64,000 nt of DNA from Octopus sinensis (Eukaryota). The stretch is from assembly GCF_006345805.1 (NCBI RefSeq), contig NC_043013.1:6076001-6140000 (forward strand). The letters are read 5' to 3'. Each line of letters begins with the position of its first letter. Position 1 is the first letter of the stretch. The position numbers and the translations under genes are program-made. Below are positions 24,337-37,009 of this stretch, in pieces. Below the pieces are notes generated by a model. The model ran no database searches and was not told the DNA's origin. It saw only the letters and a program-made list of their open reading frames with translations.

Positions 24337-24610
24337 ATTATTACCTCTGCCTTAGCAAAGGCGGAGGTATTGTTTTCAGTCACATTTGTTTGTTTGTCTG
24401 TGGACAAGATATCCCAAGAACTGCAGGATGGATTCCAATGAAACTTTCAGGGACATTTGGCCTCATGACTGACACAAACTGATTAGATTTTGGGATCGAT
24501 CTGGTACCAGACAAGGATTCTGGATTATTTTTCCTGTTTTTTTTTTTACTTAATTTCTGAGAATAGTTGGGTTCATTTTTAGTATTCTCGTTTGTGAGAG
24601 CAATGTGCTT
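24337..24610 (+). mobile_element. HINE/DINE-like Helentron-associated element, 5' part
   Basis: Terminal hairpin ACCTCTGCC-TTAGCAAA-GGCGGAGGT followed by a (GTTT/GTCT) tract. Confidence 0.6.
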
Positions 24611-25654
24611 CTTTCAGTTTTCATATACCATGTCCACTCACATGGGCTGTCCTAATTCTTGACAAAGCTACTTACGCTTGTCTTATTATCACGTGCAAGT
24701 GACAGCAAGTAAAAGTATCGTTCAAGGTCAAGGTAAAACACAAGTGTGTCAAAATCGCACACAATATTATCTTAGTGATACAGATTGAGTTTTATCAGTA
24801 AAAATGTCTTTAGTCCTCACCACAAAAGAAGATCATTTAAATCAGTGAGGTTTTGATTGGCAATAAAAACCTACGTCTATTGTGTGGTGAAAATGGATTG
24901 TATTTGTTAGAGAAGAGGACCAGGCTGTGTGTTAGAATAGTTCTACTGCACAGTGGACATTGGTTAAATGTTTCTTTTTATTATGTATATACAACTGAAG
25001 CAATATTAAATTAAAATAGTCATTTATGTTTCATATTTAATGTATATATATTGTTGACAGGCATGTTACTACAGTATTCATCCAGAAATAACATCTCATT
25101 TGAACTCAGAATTGGAACTAGTACCACAAGGCATCTTGGTTCCACATTCCCACAATTCTGCCAATACAATAAGGTGGCGAGCTGGCAGAAATGTCAGCAT
25201 GCTGGGTGAAATGCTTAGTGGTATTTTGTCTGTCTTTACATTCTGAGTTCAAATTCCACCGAGGTCGACTTTGCCTTTCATCATTTCGGGGTTGATAAAT
25301 TAAGTACCAGTTGCATTCTGGTGTTGATCTAATCGACTGGCCCCTTCCTTCAAAATTTCAGGTATTGTACCCAACTCAGTTAAGGGGTGTTATCTTGTGG
25401 GCTCATGATAACCTCACCATCGCTGGTGCTATGTAAAAGGCACCAAGTACACTCTGTTAAGTGTTTGGCATTGGGAAGGGCATTCAGCCGTAGAAACCAT
25501 GCCAAAGCATAGAACCTGGTGGAGCCTTTTGTGTTGTCTGTTCTTGCCAAACTATCGAACCCATGGCAGCATGGAAAAAAAGAGACGTTAAATGTTATTG
25601 ATCATGATTAGAAACGAACAACTTGTGTGACACTGACAAACATTTATGACTATA

Positions 25655-26071
25655 CTCTTTACTCTTTTACTCTTTTACTTGTTTCAGTCATTTGACTGTG
25701 GCCATGCTGGAGCACCACCTTTAGTCGAGCAAATCGACCCTTGGACCTAATCTTTGTAAGCCTAGTACTTATTCTATTGGTCTCTTTTGCCAAACCGCTA
25801 AGTTACGGGGACGAAAACACACCAATACTGGTTGTCAAGCGATGTTGGGGAGACAAACACAGACATACAAACATATACATGCACATACATATATATATAC
25901 ATATATATGACGGGCTTCTTTCAGTTTCTGTCTACCAAATCCACTCACAAGGCTTTGGTCAGCCCGAGGCTATAGTAGAAGACACTTGCCCAAGGTGCCA
26001 CGCAGTGGGACTGAACCTGGAACCATGTGGTTGGTAAACAAGCTACTTACCACACAGCCACTCCTACGCCT
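25655..26071 (-). mobile_element. Full-length CORE-like SINE
   Basis: Reverse complement of the family architecture. Confidence 0.9.
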
Positions 26072-26125
26072 ATCATGCAACATTATGATAAAGAAGCACA
26101 AACTTACATACACCCACACTTACAT

Positions 26126-26156
<31 letters not shown>

Positions 26157-26324
26157 TATATGACAGGCTTCTTTCAGTTTCCATCTACCAAATCCACTCA
26201 CAAGGTTCTGATTGGCTTGGGGCTATAGTAGAAGACACTTCCACTTGGTGTCACAAAGTGGAACTGAAACCATGTAGTTAGGAAGCAAACTTCTCACTCA
26301 TACTGCCCTTCCTGCACCTAGCAG

Positions 26325-26392
26325 GTATGGCTAGGCTTCCACATGGCTAGGCTTCCACATGGCTAGGCTTCCACATGGCTAGGCTTCCACAT
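26325..26392. repeat. 16-bp unit ATGGCTAGGCTTCCAC repeated four times
   Basis: Direct reading. Confidence 0.9.
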
Positions 26393-27004
26393 AGTTTCCA
26401 TTTACTAATTTCACTTACAAGGTATTGTTTCAGTTAGGTTAATAGTATAAAGATACTTGTCCAAGATACCACACAGCAGGATTGAACTAGAAATCACATG
26501 ATTACAAACCAAACTGCTTAACCACAAAGCCATACGTGCCCCTATATCCTTATTGTTTGTCCCTATTATGTTTGGTTAATTTGCTATTGCCACTTGGTCG
26601 GTATACCCCAGAGCAGCTCAATACTACAGTTGTCTCTTTGATTGACTTTCACTGCACATAATCCTGTCTTGGCTCTATTTCCATTCATTCTCGCCCTTTG
26701 TTTGTTCAGGAAAGAAATAATTACAGCCGAGGCATTGTATCTTCTGAAATAACAAACTCTTAACTAAAACACGTGTTGAAGTTATTAAACTGACAATTCA
26801 CGAACTGGATCCCAGTGATGTTTATACAGAATCAAATATCAAATGTCTGCAATATCTGTTGGGTCTATTTATAAACAGTGCTATCACTCAATGAGTAATT
26901 AACTTTATTGACATTCTCATTGAAGAGAAAAGTGTGAAATATAAAGGTTACTACTGGGAAGCTAAGTGTTATGTAGACTTTCTAGCTGGCTGAGAACATG
27001 AACG

Positions 27005-27290
27005 AACTGGTTACTTAATAATGTAAGTATTGAGAGCAGGAACTAACCTGTTTGTGGTGTGTGTGTGTGTGTGTGTGCGTGTGTGTGTGTGTGTGTGTGT
27101 GCGTATGTGTGTGCATGTGCGTGTGTGTGTGTGTGTGTGTATACACTGTGAACAGGAAGTGACTTGGTGTATTGTGGGAAATATAAGTGGAACAGGAAGT
27201 GGAGCTAACAAGAGTTAAAGCATGCACTGGTTACTTACCGCTGTAAGTACTGAGATCAGGAACTAACCTGTTTATGATGTGTGTGTGTGC

Positions 27291-27334
<44 letters not shown>

Positions 27335-27570
27335 GTACACACAATCATATATATATACATACTGGGAATTGGAGCACTGCGGTTATATACACTGGTAAGA
27401 GGAAGTGACTTGGTGTATTGTGGGAAATATAAAGGGAACAGGAAGTGGATCTAACAAGAGTTAAGGCATGCACTGGGGACAGGAAGTGACCTTTATATAC
27501 TGGGAAATGCAAATCATACAGGAAGTGAACTTAACAAATTAAGGTATACATTGAGAACAGGAAGTAATCT
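27005..27570. repeat. Degenerate ~39-40 bp minisatellite with an ACAGGAAGT core, left half
   Basis: Core near 27152, 27192, 27438, 27478, 27518 and 27557; the same unit resumes at 28862. Confidence 0.75.
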
Positions 27571-27574
27571 GACA

Positions 27575-28614
27575 TATATAAAGAATAAGGAATAATTTAT
27601 TTACCTTAAGTTCTAATATCATCTTCTTTGAAATATTCACATTGCTCAGCAGTACACTGGTCCCAGCATTCCTGCCAATTTTGGAACCAGACTGGAAGTA
27701 ATTTTCTGAAAGCGAGTCAAGGATCTTCTGTGATTTGCTCTTGATCTCAACAATGGCATTAAAACGATGACCTTTGAGCTGTATTTTCATCTCTGGAGAG
27801 AGAAGGAAGTCTGCAGGTGCTAAATCTGGCGAATGGGGTGGGCGAGGAAGCGATACCATGTTGTTTTCGGTGAGAAACTCATGAGTGGGGAGAGCTTGGT
27901 GACAGAATGCATTGCTGTTATGAAGAATCTAGATGTTAGGATTGCCTGCATGGACCCTTATGACACTCCAGCAATGTAACCAATGTCATTGATTGTCCTC
28001 CAGTGATCCTTATGCGCAAGCTGATGAATTCTCTCCACATTTATGGGGATGACTCTCATGGCAAGTCTTCCAGATTGCTCATCGTCTTCCAGGGATGTTC
28101 TTTCACTTTTGAGGTGCCTGTGCCACTCAAAACATTGCGTATGACCCATTGCCTCATCACTGTAAGCTTGCAGAAGCATGCTCAGTGTCTATGTAGCAGA
28201 CTTCCCAAGTCTGAAGCAAAATTTCACGTTGGCTCTTCGTTCCTGTCCATGACAAAATCACAGACTACAGCAGACACAGGATCACAAAAATACAAATTTC
28301 ACAACTTGTGAAGTAAACATAAAGGGCTACACACAGAGGGGACAAACGGATTAAGTCAATTATATCGACCCCAGTGTGTAACTGGTACTTATTTAATCGA
28401 CCCCGAAAGGATGAAAGGCAAAGTCGACCTTGGCGGAATTTGAACTCAGAATGTAACGGCAGACGAAATACCACTAAGCATTTAATCTGGTGTGCTAATG
28501 TTTCTGCCAGCTCACCGCCTTAAGGTTACTTCTAGCACTCACTGCGCATGGAATAGTGTGCTGCCATCTGTCAGTGCACTGCAGAACTAGTCTGGGAACA
28601 TTTTGATACCACCT

Positions 28615-28620
<6 letters not shown>
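27575..28620 (-). mobile_element. Internally deleted mariner fossil with a nested SINE (28322-28522)
   Basis: HTH region MLLQAYSDEAMGHTQCFEW..SLEDDEQSGR and C-terminal PHSPDLAPADF..LKGHRF; TIR-like GAGGTGGTATCAAAATGTTCCCAGACT at 28589-28615; catalytic core missing. Confidence 0.85.
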
Positions 28621-28702
<82 letters not shown>

Positions 28703-28704
28703 AT

Positions 28705-28862
28705 AAAACGGGAAGGTTTACGAAAATAAGCAAAAGACGAAGGCAGGTGGAGTACAAGCAAACAAATGTATTAGTATGGCGCTCAGAAATAGAAATAGAA
28801 CAAGTCTTTTACATTTCGAGCCTACGCTCTTCAACAGAAAGATACACAGAAAAAAACAAGAA
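28705..28862 (-). mobile_element. Penelope-type terminal-repeat fragment with a hammerhead-like fold at 28805-28842
   Basis: TCTTT CTGTTGAA GAGC-GTAG-GCTC GAAAT GTA AAAGA. Confidence 0.6.
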
Positions 28863-29165
28863 ATGACCTGGTATATACTGGGAACAGGAAATGAACCTAA
28901 TGACAGTTAAGGTATGTATTGGGAACAAGAGGTGACTAGTGACCTGTTGTATACTGAGAACAGCAAGTGGACCTAACAAGAGTTAAGGTATATACTGGGA
29001 ACAGGAAGTGACCTGTTACGCATAAGGAACAGGAAGTAGAACTAATGAATTACTGTATACACTGGAAGAGGAACTAACTTATTATTATTATATACACCAG
29101 GAACAGGAAGTAACTTGTTATATATATTATATTATATATTGAGAACAGGAAGTGAAAGGAACTGG
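28862..29165. repeat. ACAGGAAGT minisatellite, right half
   Basis: ATACTGGGAACAGGAAGTGACC-like unit repeated about eight times. Confidence 0.75.
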
Positions 29166-29629
29166 GAATTGAAAGTAATTACATTATTGAATACAGTGTG
29201 TCATTTGATACAAAGTAACAGCAAAAATAAACTGCAACAGCTTTTTCTACTAAAAATAACAGTAGAATCTCCCTTGAAACGGTGGTAGTGACTAAATGGT
29301 TTAAGTCATAAATCTTAATAAATCTTTGGACAGTTTTATCAACAACATTAAGTTGTTATCTTTTTAGTCTTCTTTTGATTTCTGTCACTGGACTCATATG
29401 AATTCTAATAATTAGTGTGGTGTTTATTTCATTGATCTGTTTCTCAAATCATTGTTACCTGTTTTTCACTTGAAGAGAGACAGCTCAATGCAGGTTTCCA
29501 TTTGGTAAACATAAACAGAGAGGGACACACAATCTTGCAATATATATATATATATATATATACAGGCGCAGGAGTGGCTGTGTGGTAAGTAGCTTGCTTA
29601 CTAACCACATTTATATATATATATATATA

Positions 29630-29950
29630 ATATGTGGAGGCACAATGGCCCATTGGTTAGGGCAGTGGACTCACAGTCGGAGGATTGTTGGTTTCGATTC
29701 CCAGATCGGGCGTTGTGTGTGTTTATTGAGCGAAAACACCTAAAGCTCCACAAGGCTCCGGCGGGGGTGGTGGCGACCCCTGTTGTACTCTTTCGCACCA
29801 ACTTTCTGTCACTCTTTCTTCCTGTTTCTTGGGTAACACTGCCTGCAATGGACTGGCATCCCGTCCAGTTGGTGGGGGGGACATACACCATAGAAACCGG
29901 GAAGCCGGGCTCATGAGCCGGGCCAGGCTTGAAAAGGGGTGCATAAATAA
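29630..29950 (+). mobile_element. V-domain-like tRNA-derived SINE
   Basis: Paralogous to 21030-21330. Confidence 0.8.
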
Positions 29951-29971
29951 TAATATATATATAATATATGT

Positions 29972-30097
29972 AATTGTTAAACAGGATGTCAAACATTAAG
30001 GTAAGGCAAGCATCTAAAGTCAAATACAATATTTTTATAGGAAGAAATATTTAAGATGTTTGCCTTGCCTTAATCTTTGATGTCCTATTTAACAATT
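29972..30097. repeat. Older imperfect palindrome with ~47-bp arms
   Basis: AATTGTTAAACAGGATGTCAAACATTAAGGTAAGGCAAGCATCT paired with its diverged reverse complement. Confidence 0.8.
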
Positions 30098-30225
30098 TCC
30101 GCTGCATCGGAAATCTGCAATCATCTTGGCTATAACCTTGGAGCCCCAGTAATCCGTTACAGCACTTACCTAAACATACCTAATCATTTAAATCACCTGT
30201 GAACTAAACCCCCATACTTTGTATG

Positions 30226-30302
<77 letters not shown>

Positions 30303-30700
30303 CTTTATACATACATACATACATACATACATACATACATACATACATACATACACATCTTGTTGAGCAGTGTATTTCTATGGCATGTACCTGATCAGGA
30401 TGTTATTATTGGTTTTGCACTGACTTGTTCACTTGGTGATATTGATAAATCTTCAAACATGCTGGCCAGCTAACATGTTTGAAAGGTCATCAATATTGCC
30501 AAGTGCAACACTTGGCATGAAACTGCCAGTAATGATCTGACCTGTTACATGCCATAACCAGTAAGATATTGTTTAAATATAATAATAATATAACTGTGCT
30601 GTTTTGCTATTTCTCATATTGTGTCTTTTTTCCCCAACTTGTATACAACTAATTGTTAAGATATATATATATATATATATACATATACACACACACACAT

Positions 30701-33700
30701 AACTGCCATGCTACATGGCAGTGAAACATGGGCCATGAATACTGAGGACATGCGTAGGTTTGAAAGAAATGAAGCTAGTATGATCTGCTGGATGTGTAAT
30801 GTCAGTGTGCATACATGACAGAGTGTAAGCGCCCTGAGAGAAAAGTTGGGCATAAGAAGCATCAAATGTGGTGTGCAAGAGAGGTGACTGCGCTGGTATG
30901 GTCATGTGTTATGTATGAATGAAGACAGCTGTGTGAGGAAGTGTCACTCCCTAACTGTAGGAGGAACCTGTGGAAGAGGTAGACCCAGGAAGACATGGGA
31001 TGAGGTGGTGAAGCATGACCTTCGAACACTGGGCCTCACAGAGGCAATGACTGGGACCTTTGCAGACATGCTGTGATTGAGAAGAACTAAAGTGAGATTG
31101 CAGCCATGTATGTCTGGCCCTGTTAAGAATACCCCTAATGTGTCGAGCGATATGATATGCTTGAGAAGACCTTTTGAGTCAAGTAAGACTAATACCATAG
31201 CTGGGGCCAGTGCCTCCCGACTGGCTCCTGTGCCGGTAGTACATAAAAAGCACCATCCAAATGTGGTTGTTGCCAGGACCACCTGACTGGCTCCTGTGCT
31301 GGTGGCATGTAAAGTGTACCAACTGATTATGACTGATGCCAGTACTACCTGACTGGCTTTTGTGCCGGTGGCATGTAAAAAGCACCATCCCAACGTGATC
31401 ATTGCCAGGCACGCCTGACTGGCTCCTGTGCCGGTGGCATGTAAAAAGCTCCATTCCAACGTGATCATTGCCAGGCACACCTGACTGGCTCCTGTGCTGG
31501 TGACATGTAAAAAGCTCCATTCCAATGTGATCATTGCCAGGCACACCTGACTGGCTCCTGTGCTGGTGACATGTAAAACGTTCCATCCCAACGTGATCAT
31601 TGCCAGGCACACCTGACTGGCTCCTATGCCGGTGGCATGTAAAAAGCTCCATTCCAACGTGATCATTGCCAGGCACACCTGACTGGCTCCTGTGCTGGTG
31701 ACATGTAAAAAGCTCCATCCCAACGTGATCATTGCCAGGCACACCTGACTGGCTCCTGTGCTGGTGACATGTAAAAAGCTCCATTCCAACGTGATCATTG
31801 CCAGGCACACCTGACTGGCTCCTGTGCTGGTGACATGTAAAAAGCTCCATTCCAACGTGATCATTGCCAGGCACACCTGACTGGCTCCTGTGCCGGTGGC
31901 ATGTAAAAAGCTCCATTCCAACGTGATCATTGCCAGGCACACCTGACTGGCTCCTGTGCTGGTGACATGTAAAAAGCTCCATCCCAACGTGATCATTGCC
32001 GGCACACCTGACTGGCTCCTGTGCTGGTGACATGTAAAAAGCTCCATCCCAACGTGATCATTGCCAGGCACACCTGACTGGCTCCTGTGCTGGTGACATG
32101 TAAAAAGCTCCATCCCAACGTGATCATTGCCAGGCACACCTGACTGGCTCCTGTGCTGATGACATGTAAAAAGCTCGATCCCAACGTGATCATTGCCAGG
32201 CACACCTGACTGGCTCCTGTGCTGGTGACATGTAAAAAGCTCCATCCCAACGTGATCATTGCCAGGCACACCTGACTGGCTCCTGTGCCGGTGGCATGTA
32301 AAAAGCTCCATCCCAACGTGATCATTGCCAGGCACACCTGACTGGCTCCTGTGCCGGTGGCATGTAAAAAGCTCCATCCCAACGTGATCATTGCCAGGCA
32401 CACCTGACTGGCTCCTGTGCCGGTGGCACGTAAAAAGCTCCATTCCAACGTGATCATTGCCAGGCACACCTGACTGGCTCCTGTGCCGGTGACATGTAAA
32501 AAGCTCCATTCCAACGTGATCATTGCCAGGCACACCTGACTGGCTCCTGTGCCGGTGACATGTAAAAAGCTCCATTCCAACGTGATCATTGCCAGGCACG
32601 CCTGACTGGCTCCTGTGCCGGTGGCATGTAAAAAGCTCCATTCCAACGTGATCATTGCCAGGCACGCCTGACTGGCTCCTGTGCCGGTGACATGTAAAAA
32701 GCTCCATTCCAACGTGATCATTGCCAGGCACACCTGACTGGCTCCTGTGCCGGTGGCACGTAAAAAGCTCCATTCCAATGTGATCATTGCCAGGCACACC
32801 TGACTGGCTCTCCTGTGCCGTGACATGTAAAAAGCTCCATTCCAACGTGATCATTGCCAGGCACGCCTGACTGGCTCCTGTGCTGGTGACATGTAAAAAG
32901 CTCCATTCCAACGTGATCATTGCCAGGCACACCTGACTGGCTCCTGTGCTGGTGACATGTAAAAAGCTCCATCCCAACGTGATCATTGCCAGGCACACCT
33001 GACTGGCTCCTGTGCCGGTGGCATGTAAAAAGCTCCATTCCAACGTGAACATTGCCAGGCACACCTGACTGGCTCCTGTGCTGGTGACATGTAAAAAGCT
33101 CCATTCCAACGTGATCATTGCCAGGCACACCTGACTGGCTCCTGTGCTTGTGGCATGTAAAAAGCTCCATTCCAACGTGATCATTGCCAGGCACACCTGA
33201 CTGGCTCCTGTGCCGGTGGCATGTAAAAAGCTCCATTCCAACGTGATCATTGCCAGGCACACCTGACTGGCTCCTGTGCTGGTGACATGTAAAAAGCTCC
33301 ATTCCAACGTGATCATTGCCAGGCACACCTGACTGGCTCCTGTGCTTGTGGCATGTAAAAAGCTCCATTCCAACGTGATCATTGCCAGGCACACCTGACT
33401 GGCTCCTGTGCCGGTGCCATGTAAAAAGCTCCATTCCAACGTGAACATTGCCAGGCACACCTGACTGGCTCCTGTGCCGGTGGCATGTAAAAAGCTCCAT
33501 TCCAACGTGATCATTGCCAGGCACACCTGACTGGCTCCTGTGCTGGTGACATGTAAAAAGCTCCATCCCAACGTGATCATTGCCAGGCACACCTGACTGG
33601 CTCCTGTGCCGGTGCCATGTAAAAAGCTCCATCCCAACGTGATCATTGCCAGGCACACCTGACTGGCTCCTGTGCCGGTGGCATGTAAAAGCTCCATTCC

Positions 33701-36435
33701 AACGTGATCATTGCCAGGCACACCTGACTGGCTCCTGTGCTGGTGACATGTAAAAGCTCCATCCCAACGTGATCATTGCCAGGCACACCTGACTGGCTCC
33801 TGTGCTGGTGACATGTAAAAAGCTCCATCCCAACGTGATCATTGCCAGGCACACCTGACTGGCTCCTGTGCTGGTGACATGTAAAAAGCTCCATCCCAAC
33901 GTGATCATTGCCAGGCACACCTGACTGGCTCCTGTGCCGGTGGCATGTAAAAAGCTCCATTCCAACGTGATCATTGCCAGGCACACCTGACTGGCTCCTG
34001 TGCTGGTGACATGTAAAAAGCTCCATTCCAACGTGATCATTGCCAGGCACACCTGACTGGCTCCTGTGCTGGTGACATGTAAAAAGCTCCATCCCAACGT
34101 GATCATTGCCAGGCACACCTGACTGGCTCCTGTGCTGGTGACATGTAAAAAGCTCCATCCCAACGTGATCATTGCCAGGCACACCTGACTGGCTCCTGTG
34201 CTGGTGACATGTAAAAAGCTCCATCCCAACGTGATCATTGCCAGGCACACCTGACTGGCTCCTGTGCTGGTGACATGTAAAAAGCTCCATCCCAACGTGA
34301 TCATTGCCAGGCACACCTGACTGGCTCCTGTGCTGGTGACATGTAAAAAGCTCCATCCAACGTGATCATTGCCAGGCACACCTGACTGGCTCCTGTGCTG
34401 GTGACATGTAAAAAGCTCCATCCCAACGTGATCATTGCCAGGCACACCTGACTGGCTCCTGTGCCGGTGGCATGTAAAAAGCTCCATTCCAACGTGATCA
34501 TTGCCAGGCACACCTGACTGGCTCCTGTGCTGGTGGCATGTAAAAAGCTCCATTCCAACGTGATCATTGCCAGGCACACCTGACTGGCTCCTGTGCCGGT
34601 GGCATGTAAAAGCTCCATTCCAACGTGATCATTGCCAGGCACACCTGACTGGCTCCTGTGCCGGTGGCATGTAAAAAGCTCCATTCCAACGTGATCATTG
34701 CCAGGCACACCTGACTGGCTCCTGTCCTGGTGACATGAAAAAAGCTCCATTCCAACATGATCATTGCCAGACACGCCTGACTGGCTCCTGTGCCGGTGGC
34801 ATGTAAAAAGCTCCATCCCAACGTGATCATTGCCAGACACGCCTGACTGGCTCCTGTGCCGGTGGCATGTAAAAAGCTCCATCCCAACGTGATCATTGCC
34901 AGGCACACCTGACTGGCTCCTGTCCTGGTGACATGAAAAAAGCTCCATTCCAACATGATCATTGCCAGGCACACCTGACTGGCTCCTGTGCTGGTGACAT
35001 GTAAAAAGCTCCATTCCACGTGATCATTGCCAGGCACACCGACTGGCTCCTGTGCCGGTGGCATGTAAAAAACTCCATTCCAACGTGATCATTGCCAGGC
35101 ACACCTGACTGGCTCCTGTGCTGGTGACATGTAAAAAGCTCCATCCCAACGTGATCATTGCCAGGCACACCTGACTGGCTCCTGTGCTGGTGACATGTAA
35201 AAAGCTCCATCCCAACCTGATCATTGCCAGGCACACCTGACTGGCTCCTGTGCGGTGACATGTAAAAAGCTCCATCCCAACGTGATCATGCCAGGCACAC
35301 CTGACTGGCTCCTGTGCTTGTGGCATGTAAAAAGCTCCATTCCAACGTGATCATTGCCAGGCACACCTGACTGGCTCCTGTGCCGGTGGCATGTAAAAAG
35401 CTCCATTCCAACGTGATCATTGCCAGGCACACCTGACTGGCTCCTGTGCTGGTGACATGTAAAAAGCTCCATCCCAACGTGATCATTGCCAGGCACACCT
35501 GACTGGCTCCTGTGCCGGTGGCATGTAAAAAGGTCCATTCCAACGTGATCATTGCCAGGCACACCTGACTGGCTCCTGTGCTGGTGACATGTAAAAAGCT
35601 CCATTCCAATGTGATCATTGCCAGGCACACCTGACTGGCTCCTGTGCTGGTGGCATGTAAAAAGGTCCATTCCAACGTGATCATTGCCAGGCACACCTGA
35701 CTGGCTCCTGTGCTGGAGACATGTAAAAAGCTCCATCCCAACGTGATCATTGCCAGGCACACCTGACTGGCTCCTGTGCCGGTGGCATGTAAAAAGCTCC
35801 ATTCCAACGTGATCATTGCCAGGCACACCTGACTGGCTCCTGTGCTGGAGACATGTAAAAAGCTCCATCCCAACGTGATCATTGCCAGGCACACCTGACT
35901 GGCTCCTGTGCCGGTGGCATGTAAAAAGCTCCATTCCAACGTGATCATTGCCAGGCACACCTGACTGGCTCCTGTGCCGGTGGCATGTAAAAAGGTCCAT
36001 TCCAACGTGATCATTGCCAGGCACACACCTGACTGGCTCCTGTGCTGGAGACATGTAAAAAGCTCCATCCCAACGTGATCATTGCCAGGCACACCTGACT
36101 GGCTCCTGTGCTGGTGACATGTAAAAAGCTCCATTCCAATGTGATCATTGCCAGGCACGCCTGACTGGCTCCTGTGCTGGTGACATGTAAAAAGCTCCAT
36201 TCCAATGTGATCATTGCCAGGCACGCCTGACTGGCTCCTGTGCTGGTGACATGTAAAAAGCACCCACTACATTCTTGGAGTGGTTGGTGTTAGGAAGGGT
36301 ATCCAGCTGTAGAAACTTTGGCAGACCAGCTTGGAGCCTGGTGTGACCTCCTGGCTCTTCAGACCTTAGTCAAACTGTCCAACTTATGCCAACATGGAAA
36401 ACGGATGTTAATTTACGATGATGATGATGATGACA
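30701..36435 (+). mobile_element. 5'-truncated RTE LINE: C-terminal ORF remnant, 3' UTR with the 66-bp array, and (GAT)n tail
   Basis: 30701-31090 translates TAMLHGSETW..R*LRWYGHV..GRGRPRKTWDEVVKHDL with two TGA stops; tail 36261-36435 matches the other RTE tails. Confidence 0.9.
31205..36260. repeat. 66-bp tandem minisatellite, about 76 copies
   Basis: Unit GTGATCATTGCCAGGCACACCTGACTGGCTCCTGTGC(T/C)GGTG(A/G)CATGTAAAAAGCTCCAT(T/C)CCAAC; starts at 31461 and 31527 give a period of 66; the first ~3 units are diverged. Confidence 0.97.
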
Positions 36436-36440
36436 CATGT

Positions 36441-36715
36441 GAAGGTACATGGTGCTGTGGTTAGAGCATCGAGCTTATGATCATAAGGTTGTGAGTTCGA
36501 ATCCCAGGCTGCATGTTGGGTTCTTGAGCAAGACACTTTATTTCACGTTGCTCCAGTTCACTCAGCTTTAGAAACAAGTTGTGATGTCACTGGTGCCAAG
36601 CTGTATCGGCCCCTTTAGCCTTTCCCTTGGATAACATCGGTGGCATGGAGAATAGAGGCTGGTATGCATGGGTGACTGCTGGCCTTCCATAAAAACAACC
36701 CTAGGTTGTGCATTC
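36441..36715 (+). mobile_element. tRNA-derived SINE, second CORE/V-related family
   Basis: GTGGTTAGAGC..GAGTTCGAATCCC head followed by TTGAGCAAGACACTTTATTTCACGTTGCTCCAG. Confidence 0.75.
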
Positions 36716-36970
36716 GCTGGTGAGGTGACTTTCTGCCTCTGTCCATTAAATTCACTCATAAACCACTGGTTGACCCAGGGCTATAGTAGAGGGCATTATG
36801 ATGGAGCTGGGAAGAGAAAGAAAGACGGTGGCGATGAGGTATCAGGATGGGCTCTGGGGTGAAGAAGAAAAACGGAGCAGGAGGCTGGATGGAAGTAGGA
36901 AGAGTACCTGACAGTGATACTCATTTGTAATTATATTAGTCATCATCATCATCATCATCATCACCCCCAC

Positions 36971-37009
<39 letters not shown>

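Noticed and set aside
26711-26775. Possible terminal exon after ctttgtttgttcag
   Set aside because: All frames close within about 18 codons and nothing else supports it.
30944-33721. 925-aa ORF as a real gene
   Set aside because: It is the antisense reading of the minisatellite plus the antisense of the RTE ORF and switches frame at indels; kept only as a hypothesis in the findings.
31205-36260. CRISPR-like array (regular period, degenerate end)
   Set aside because: There are no unique spacers and no cas genes; the whole 66 bp repeats and derives from an RTE 3' UTR.
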